Under the pieces are notes generated by a model, which saw only the letters and a program-made list of their open reading frames with translations, made no database searches and had not been told where the DNA came from. A stretch of 64,000 nt of DNA, from NCBI GenBank assembly GCA_040881795.1, contig JBBECN010000235.1:817-64816 (forward strand). Direction: 5' to 3'. This stretch comes from Akkermansiaceae bacterium. GTDB taxonomy: Bacteria; Verrucomicrobiota; Verrucomicrobiia; Verrucomicrobiales; Akkermansiaceae. Shown here one piece after another: positions 58,501 through 64,000 of this stretch (position 1 is the first letter of the stretch; every line of letters begins with the position of its first letter). The translations under genes were made by a program, and so were the position numbers.

Positions 58501-59453
58501 GTCCAGGGGCCGGTGCGGTGGGTGAAGGCGGGATTGATCGCCTGTTCCGAGCGTTGATAGAAACGGACGTAGTCCACATCAAACCAAGTGGTGGAGGTGG
58601 TGCGGTCGCCGTAGCCGCTGCCGGGAATGGCGCCGGCCCAGGCGTTGTTCTGGACCTCGCTGGTGAGATAGATCCATTGCCGGACTTGGGAAGTCGCGGC
58701 GGTGGTGGTCCAGACTTCGACGCCGTCGATGTAGAAGCGGTAGCGGTCGTGATCCCAAAGCAGTCCGTAGGTGTGCCAGTTTCCCTGGAGGCTGGCGGTG
58801 TTGGCACCGGGATTGTTGACGGTAGTGCCGACGGACTTGTGATCGGCACCGTAGCCGTCCCAGTGGACGTTGATGGAAGACTTGTTACGCAGGTCTGCAC
58901 CGCCGGAATCCTGGCGGCGGTGTTCGACGATATCGATTTCCGTGCCATTTGCAGCGGGGTTTCCGACATTGTTGATGCCGTAGGGTTGGAGCCAGAAGGC
59001 GGACCACATGCCGACGGTCGAGTTGAAGCGCAGGCGTGCCTCCCAGTAGCCGAAGCAGTTTTCGTATTTGCCGTTGGATCCGATCCATCCGGTGTAGTGC
59101 TGGCCTCCCTCGGTGTAGGTTTTGATGCGGAGGTGGCCGTCCTGGACGGTGAGGGCGTTGGCGGTGTTGGTGGCATCCCGGCGGGCACCGGTGCCGACGG
59201 TCCAGTTCGAGGTGGTGAGTGAGGTGCCGGAAAATTCGTCGCTCCATGCCATCGACCAGCCCGACCCGGGCGGAGCCGCGACCATTGGGGTGATTAACAT
59301 CAGCAACACGGCGGATGCAAGCATGGCAGCGGATGGTTTTTTTACCGCAGTCGTATCATGGCCCGAGCCACTCAGGCGGGTGAGAGTGGTGTTGCTGACG
59401 ATCAGGCTGCGGAAGTTACTGGCAATCCGGCGCCTGAATGGCGTGCGCGTCAT
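55017..59453 (-). CDS. GH16 glycoside hydrolase with two CBM4/9-like modules, a DUF1349-like domain, beta-strand repeats and C-terminal FxRL domain
   Basis: WSDEFSG, GYWEARL, GMWSAFW, EIDIVE catalytic motif, WHTYGLLW and VDYVRFY; NSGFE CBM. Start probably 59453 or 59486, not 59798. Confidence 0.88.
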   Translation of the reverse strand: MTRTPFRRRIASNFRSLIVSNTTLTRLSGSGHDTTAVKKPSAAMLASAVLLMLITPMVAAPPGSGWSMAWSDEFSGTSLTTSNWTVGTGARRDATNTANALTVQDGHLRIKTYTEGGQHYTGWIGSNGKYENCFGYWEARLRFNSTVGMWSAFWLQPYGINNVGNPAANGTEIDIVEHRRQDSGGADLRNKSSINVHWDGYGADHKSVGTTVNNPGANTASLQGNWHTYGLLWDHDRYRFYIDGVEVWTTTAATSQVRQWIYLTSEVQNNAWAGAIPGSGYGDRTTSTTWFDVDYVRFYQRSEQAINPAFTHRTGPWTASGSASWAATGGRNAGPGVRLNPTTTTASAFEQSVHGLLPNTEYRLIGWGAVGSRAWPDIRIGAKNHGGPETWKSISSVGFTEAQVPFTTGPSNNSARVYARVPTQWGDCFADDLEVRRDAQVNNSGFELGESWPWTLTGTVFVHDWDTFRRSGSHAMRLNTSTSARSAEQTVYGLQPNTAYTLSAWVRTNNQPIRFGVKNHGAADAFTTFTGTGNTWQKGSHTFTTGASATSATLYVAIPAGSNIAAADLDDFTLATALPSPWAASDIGTTGHSGESFARGSKIVVRGSGATLADTTDSFHFVRQPVAGDFTLTTNLDSFEADSSVAKAGIMIRASTAANSAHAMVHWLTQGKVEFIWRNTTGATSNYVWDAASVPWPPKLRLSRVGNQIAASYSTDGSTWVPVGASQSITLPTSPLAGPAICAHDSGNTGVATFSNTSVAAVSGGIISSIGTNDINESWDSAADWSNLAAPASGNDYQITSGFTIRTPSTSGSFTFPGNSLRIQTGGTLALKNQSPVTLNLTSEGGTLSHFSTSLSPDLARLQGTLVLTNPLTVTNATGSNRLTQIHSLVSGPGTLNKQGDHTLILSGDNTFGSGTMNFGSGTENRGYIRLATNTALGNHSSVTLAGSQGGVSGLQLDGGVTLDKNLNSAGRQNATTTGYILRSISGNNAWNGNVTITSSGGGYGFVSDSGTLSLGGTITSSDTSNNGPRLVSFVGAGNITVSGNLLRGGFESTARNLAVSKDGSGTLTLAGTSDYSGNTTFNNGTTLLTGSISQSSIVTIGASAILDVSSHAAPGYAFTATQTLRGNGTLVGNATTTGTIAPGLSAGTLTSDGNLTFGIGSTFSAEIDVLGTAQVETATATGTPIVDGDVTVTVTSADLGAPVILDVPILNGESPDAWAFKVRAALAADAAISALFSVGGINNAITLTRLSGVANDTTLNIALENGLTSPGITAALTSANTIGGVAPGTDLLAVAGQLDVSGATLNLLVTGTPGAAAYVIATYGSLAPGNFAAVNNLPDGYQVNYTHNSGTAIALVPTAVSNNFASWASDSGVAGGTTGDSDNDGILNLVEYALALNFNGSDGSAGTFTGNLLSFTKRPDAIDNGDVSWVIETSQTLAPDSWTPAVTQNPGDANPTISHPLPTGQGKIFGRLKVVQP

Positions 59454-59539
59454 GGTGTTTTGTGGGCTGGGGTTGGTGATACGCATGGAATCCCCGTGAA
59501 GTTTACACAGTGCTGGTGTGGGAGCAAGTGAAGCTGTGA

Positions 59540-62047
59540 TCAAGCGAGAGGCGGCCGCACACCCCGGTGCCTGCGGCGCAGCAGGGCCAGCAGCCCGAGG
59601 CTGCCGAGAATCACAACGGAAGGCTCGGGCACCGGCGTCCACGTCAGATATACGGAGTTTTCGGAAGTGCTGCCCGGCTGGCGGAGAAGACCGAAGTCGC
59701 CGAGAGTCGGGCTGTAGTTCAAGCCTCCGGTGATGCCACTGAGGGTGAACAGGTTGCTGTCGGCGGCGGTGGCGCCATTGAGATCGACGACGAGCCATTG
59801 CTGGCTGCTGGCCCAGAAGATATTCAGGAAATCAACGCCGCTGGAGAACGCGAGATCCAGACTGGCCGCGGAATTGAGGGTGAAACTTCCACCGGTGACA
59901 TCGACCGCGTCGTAGCTCGTGCCGCGGCCGGCGGTGGTGTTGCCGGTGAGTTCCCACCCAAGGGTGGAAGTGGAACCGTAGCTGAGGCCCGCTCCAAAGG
60001 TCTGGGTGCCCGGGCTGAATCCGGGGGCGTGAGTGCCGTTGATGGTGACGGCTCCACCGAAGCTTCCTCCGCCGGTGAGCGTGGCAACGCCAGCGATGGT
60101 GGTGCTGGTATTGCCAAGGGATGCGGTGGAGGTGAGGGCGAGTGTGCCGGCGTTGATGTTGGTGGCTCCGGTGTAGGTGTTGTTGGTTCCACCGAGGGTG
60201 AGCGTGCCTGCGCCACTTTTGGAAACCGCGATGTTTTCCGAGTTCGGTCCGCCTCCCAAGATGTCGCCGGTGACGTTGAATGAACCGTCGCCCGAGAAGC
60301 TCACGCCACGAGCACCAAAGCTGCTGACAAAAGTGGATTGGATGTTGCCTCCGAGCGTCAAAGTTCCCGAATCACTAATAAGGCCATACCCCCCGCCACC
60401 GGCAGTGATGGTGACACTGCCATTCCATGTGTTGTTACCGGAAAGGTTTCGTAAGACATAGCCTGTCGTATCCGAATTGGAGCGCCCTTGAGTGGTGAGG
60501 TTTTGGCTGATCGTGACGCCTCCTTCGAGCTGAAGCCCGGAGATGCCTCCTTGGGTTCCGGCGAGGTCAATTGTGTTAGTGTTGCCAAGCGCGTTGTCGC
60601 TCATCAGGCGGATGTAGCCGCGGTTGGTGTTGCTACTGCCGAAGGTCAGTGCCCCCGAGCCGAAGGAGTTGTCGCCGGAAAGCGTCAACACGCCCGAGCC
60701 GGTCTTCGAGATGGTCCCGGTGCCCGTGAGGTCGCTGGCGAAGGTCACGTTCTGGCCGTTGGTATTGATCAGGCTGGCTCCGGTCAACTCGCCCATTTGT
60801 GAGGAATAATCCGTATTGATTCCCACATACTGGAGGGTGCCGCCGCGTAGGTTGAGCGCATTGTTGCCTGTGGCGTATGTCAGTCCGGTGGTGAACAAAC
60901 CGCTGGAACGGGAAACTTCAAACACACCGCTGGTGACGTTCACTTGATCGAAAGTGCCGGATGAGGAAGCGGTTTTGAGCACGGAGGTCGAGCCATTGAC
61001 GTTGGTGATGCTCTTGACCAGACCTTCATTGAGAAACGTGCCGGCGGTGATGTTGAGCGCGGTGCCGGCGTTGTCGAAAGTGGTGTAGTTGTTGTCCTGG
61101 TTCATGATGAACCCGGCGTTGAGCCGCAGGGTCCCGGCACCAGCCTTGCCCATCGTTCCGTTGCGCCAGCCCGCGGAATACTCGAGGTCCACGCCGGAAA
61201 CATGACTGGTGGAAGCCACCGTAATTGTCCCGGCGGTGCCGCCGTTGCCGCCGATGGCACCGTAGTCCGCATTGGCGGTTCCGGTGTTGGCGAGTAAGCT
61301 TGTCACGCTGGACTTGGCTCCGGTCACCGAAAGGTTGAAACCATTCTGCGTGACAAAACCTTGGCTGGTGTTCAGTTCGAGCGTCGCGCCGTTGATGGTG
61401 AGGGTCGAGCGGTAGTTCGTTTGTCCAGCGAGTTGCAGTGTTGTTCCGCTGCCGAAGGAGTGAGAAGAGGAGCTATTGTTATCCAAGCCGTTAGACCCCG
61501 AGATGATCACTTTCGTCCCTGATCCAGTGACGTTCAGGGTTCCTCCGTAAGCCCGGTTGCTAGCGGTGAAAGTGGTGGTGCCACCGCCGCTGATGGCAAT
61601 GGCGACGCCGCTAGTTGACATGTTGCGATCGAGCCTGAGCGAGGCGCCGCTGCTCACGCTGATGGCGCGGTTGTTGCCGTTGAATGAGAAGCTGCCCCCG
61701 GTGCCATCGTTGATGATGAATGATCCGGAGGTGACTGTTACCTTGTTGGTGGCGATTGCCGAGGTGGTGGAGAGAGTTCCACTGGTTCCACTCAGGATGG
61801 CATTGGTGGCGGAGTCGGTGGCAAAATTTACCCAGGTTCCAAGCGTGCCGCCATTGGTGTCCGCGCCAGCGCCGGTTCGCCAGAATGAGGAGGTGGTGTT
61901 CCAATCGCCGGTTCCGCCCATGCCGCTGGTGCCTGCATTTTGGTCCCAGTAGCGATCCACGGCTTGTGCTTCGTCCGTGGCGAGCAGGGCGATGGCAGGA
62001 ATGGCGAAGAGCTGGAGGCAGTGGAATGGGTTTTTACGGGGCTTCAT
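59540..62047 (-). CDS. PEP-CTERM protein built of autotransporter-associated beta-strand repeats
   Basis: Signal MKPRKNPF...; Gly/Thr/Ser-rich beta-helix repeats; VPEPSVVILGSLGLLALLRRRH. Confidence 0.9.
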   Translation of the reverse strand: MKPRKNPFHCLQLFAIPAIALLATDEAQAVDRYWDQNAGTSGMGGTGDWNTTSSFWRTGAGADTNGGTLGTWVNFATDSATNAILSGTSGTLSTTSAIATNKVTVTSGSFIINDGTGGSFSFNGNNRAISVSSGASLRLDRNMSTSGVAIAISGGGTTTFTASNRAYGGTLNVTGSGTKVIISGSNGLDNNSSSSHSFGSGTTLQLAGQTNYRSTLTINGATLELNTSQGFVTQNGFNLSVTGAKSSVTSLLANTGTANADYGAIGGNGGTAGTITVASTSHVSGVDLEYSAGWRNGTMGKAGAGTLRLNAGFIMNQDNNYTTFDNAGTALNITAGTFLNEGLVKSITNVNGSTSVLKTASSSGTFDQVNVTSGVFEVSRSSGLFTTGLTYATGNNALNLRGGTLQYVGINTDYSSQMGELTGASLINTNGQNVTFASDLTGTGTISKTGSGVLTLSGDNSFGSGALTFGSSNTNRGYIRLMSDNALGNTNTIDLAGTQGGISGLQLEGGVTISQNLTTQGRSNSDTTGYVLRNLSGNNTWNGSVTITAGGGGYGLISDSGTLTLGGNIQSTFVSSFGARGVSFSGDGSFNVTGDILGGGPNSENIAVSKSGAGTLTLGGTNNTYTGATNINAGTLALTSTASLGNTSTTIAGVATLTGGGSFGGAVTINGTHAPGFSPGTQTFGAGLSYGSTSTLGWELTGNTTAGRGTSYDAVDVTGGSFTLNSAASLDLAFSSGVDFLNIFWASSQQWLVVDLNGATAADSNLFTLSGITGGLNYSPTLGDFGLLRQPGSTSENSVYLTWTPVPEPSVVILGSLGLLALLRRRHRGVRPPLA

Positions 62048-62151
62048 GAGATTGGATTCGGGTTGGATCACTTCAATTTGACTCTGAGTTTGTCTGGGTT
62101 GTCGGGTCCGCGCTACCCCCCAAAGGGATGGTTTTTTGGCGGATGATGGCT

Positions 62152-64000
62152 TTAGTTTTCAAGCACTTTCAAGCGCCCAAAGATTTTGCCTTGTCCGGTG
62201 GGCAGGGTGAAGGAGATAGTAGGATCGGTATTTCCGGGGTTTTGGGTGACAGCGGGCGTCCATGAGTCGGGAGCCAAGGTCTGGGAAGTCTCGATGACCC
62301 ATGAGACATCAGCGTTATCGATGGCATCCTGGCGTTTGGTGAAGGTCAGGAGGTTTCCGGTGAAGGTCCCGGCGGAACCATCCGAGCCATTGAAGTTGAG
62401 GGCGAGGGCGTATTCAACCAGATTGAGGATGCCATCGTTGTCGGAATCTCCGGTGGGGCCGCCGGTGACGCCGTTGGCGGATGCCCACGAGGCGAAGTTA
62501 TTGCTCACAGCGGTCGGGACCAAGGCGATGGCGGTGCCGGAGTTATAGGTATAGTTGACTTGGTATCCCGGCGGCAGGTTGTTGACCGCGGCGAAGTTTC
62601 CGGGTGCGAGCGAGCCGTAGGTGGCGATGACGTAGGCTGGTGCGGTGGGGGTGCCGGTGACGATCAGGTCAAGGGTGGCACCTGCCACTGCGAGCTGGCC
62701 CGTGACGGCGAGCAGATCCGTTCCTGGAGCGCTGCCGCTCGTCGTATTGGCGCTGGTGGCGGCGGCGGTGATGGCCGGGCTGGTGGTGCCGTTGGCGAGA
62801 GCGATGTTGAGGGTGGCATCGTTGGCGATATTGGACAGTCGCGTGAGGACGATATTCGTTGAGCTGCCGCCGACGCTGAAAAGAGCGGATAACGAAGCAT
62901 CGGCAGAGAGTGCGGTTCTGACTTTGGGTGCCCACACCTCGGCGCTGTCATCCATAAGGATGGGCACTGCGATGATTACGGGAGCCCCAAGCGCGGCGCT
63001 GGTGACAGTGACGTTTACATCGCCTGCGGCGGTGGCAGATCCTGCGGCGGTGGCGGTTTCGACTTGGGCGACGCCGGAGATGTTGACGTCCGACCGCAGA
63101 GTCGAACCGGAGTTGAATGTGAAATTCCCAGCGGAGGTGAGCGTCCCATAGAGAGCTCCCGGGGAAACGGTGCCAGTGGTGCTGGCGTTACCGGTGAGGG
63201 TGCCGTTTCCTGAGAGCGTCTGGGTGCTGGTAAAGGCGTATCCGGGGCTGGCATGAGAGGACACGTCCAAGGTGGCAGCGGCGCCGATGGTGACGTTGGC
63301 GGACTGGCTGATGGATCCGGTGAGGAGAGTGGTTCCGTTATTGAAGCTGGTGTTGCCGGAATAGTCGTTGGTCCCGGCAAGCGTGAGGGTTCCGGAACCG
63401 TCTTTGGTGACCGCCAAATTTTTTGCAGAGAAGTCATTTCCACCGTTGATCAGGTTTCCGGTGACGTTGATATTTCCGGGGCCGGCGAAGGTGACCAGGC
63501 GGGAACCTTGAGTGCTGGCTACGTTTGAGGTGATCGTGCCACCTAGGGTGAGGGTTCCGGAGTCGCTGACGAAGCCATACCCCCCGCCAGCGGCAGTGAT
63601 GGTGACATCTCCATTCCAGGCGTTGTTCCCCGAGATGCTGCGGATGATGTAGCCCGAGGAGGTGGCACTCTGTCGGCCCTGAGTGGTGATGGACTGCGAA
63701 AAAGTTACGCCACCTTCGAGCTGCAGGCCTGAGGTTCCACCTTGGTTTCCGGCAAGCGTGACTGAACTGTGGCTGCCGAGCGCGGTGTTACTTTCGAGGC
63801 GGATGTATCCGCGGTTCTGTGTGCCACTTCCAAATGTTAGGGTTCCCGAGCCGAATGAATTGTTGCCCGCAAGCGTCAGCACGCCCGAGCCGGTTTTCGA
63901 GATGGTACCGGTGCCGGTCAGGTCGCTGGCGAAGGTCACGTCCTGGCCGTTGGTATCCACCAGGCTGCTTCCGATTAGATCTCCGATTTGTGAGGAATAA
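62152..64000 (-). CDS. Beta-strand-repeat surface protein with C-terminal FxRL domain; 5' part lies outside the window
   Basis: Frame is open to the window edge (YSSQIGDLIGSSLVDTNGQ...); ends DSDNDGILNLVEYALAL...KIFGRLKVLEN. Confidence 0.88.
   Translation of the reverse strand, partial: YSSQIGDLIGSSLVDTNGQDVTFASDLTGTGTISKTGSGVLTLAGNNSFGSGTLTFGSGTQNRGYIRLESNTALGSHSSVTLAGNQGGTSGLQLEGGVTFSQSITTQGRQSATSSGYIIRSISGNNAWNGDVTITAAGGGYGFVSDSGTLTLGGTITSNVASTQGSRLVTFAGPGNINVTGNLINGGNDFSAKNLAVTKDGSGTLTLAGTNDYSGNTSFNNGTTLLTGSISQSANVTIGAAATLDVSSHASPGYAFTSTQTLSGNGTLTGNASTTGTVSPGALYGTLTSAGNFTFNSGSTLRSDVNISGVAQVETATAAGSATAAGDVNVTVTSAALGAPVIIAVPILMDDSAEVWAPKVRTALSADASLSALFSVGGSSTNIVLTRLSNIANDATLNIALANGTTSPAITAAATSANTTSGSAPGTDLLAVTGQLAVAGATLDLIVTGTPTAPAYVIATYGSLAPGNFAAVNNLPPGYQVNYTYNSGTAIALVPTAVSNNFASWASANGVTGGPTGDSDNDGILNLVEYALALNFNGSDGSAGTFTGNLLTFTKRQDAIDNADVSWVIETSQTLAPDSWTPAVTQNPGNTDPTISFTLPTGQGKIFGRLKVLEN

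Noticed and set aside
57594-59222. 542-aa plus-strand ORF and similar long antisense ORFs (5708-6733, 53078-53983)
   Set aside because: They mirror high-GC coding genes on the other strand and have no recognisable motifs.
59454-59798. ORF-track N-terminal extension of the GH16 gene
   Set aside because: It overlaps the PEP-CTERM gene in another frame and reads as Arg-rich shadow sequence; the signal peptide lies after 59453.
62113-62140. Terminator after the 62152 gene
   Set aside because: The T-run is on the plus strand while the genes are on the minus strand, and the stem is weak; listed instead as a possible regulator box.
50435-64000. Classical type Va autotransporters
   Set aside because: Passenger-type repeats are present, but there is no C-terminal beta-barrel; the proteins end in PEP-CTERM or the FxRL domain.
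1-64000. CRISPR arrays, IS elements/integrases, tRNA/rRNA, defence systems
   Set aside because: No regularly spaced repeats, transposase or recombinase ORFs, or structural RNA signatures were recognised; the repeats seen are coding-domain duplications.

Overview
This window is a 64-kb glycan-utilisation super-cluster, most likely from a Verrucomicrobiales bacterium (Luteolibacter/Haloferula-like), inferred from PEP-CTERM proteins, Verru_Chthon-A-like proteins and a prepilin protein. It has three blocks. (i) 1-23 kb, minus strand: a propeller/YYY sensor kinase and NarL-type regulator, a Verru_Chthon-A-like giant pseudopilin with a ~230-aa partner, surface-protein twins, a sulfatase, GH127, a GH99-like beta-helix protein, an FG-GAP protein and GH59. 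(ii) 23-44 kb: a beta-mannan locus (two GH26, GH130, LacI, MFS, SGNH esterase, mannose-6-P isomerase, sulfatases, pseudopilin) tied together by a palindrome TTRTCATATGAYAA found seven times. (iii) 44-64 kb, minus strand: four tandem beta-helix surface proteins (GH128, GH16, PEP-CTERM), a sulfatase and a second A+partner pair. No TonB-dependent receptor or SusCD pair is visible. The best candidate for an undescribed system has three parts: a pseudopilin-tip-like A+partner pair occupying the SusCD position, a shared C-terminal putative sorting domain ending F-x-R-[LAV] on seven secreted proteins, and three adjacent gene twins carrying the same domain once with PEP-CTERM and once with that C-terminal domain. 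Two internally deleted sulfatase pseudogenes record recent rearrangement. No rRNA, tRNA, CRISPR or transposase was recognised. All family calls come from motif recognition by eye, not from database searches.
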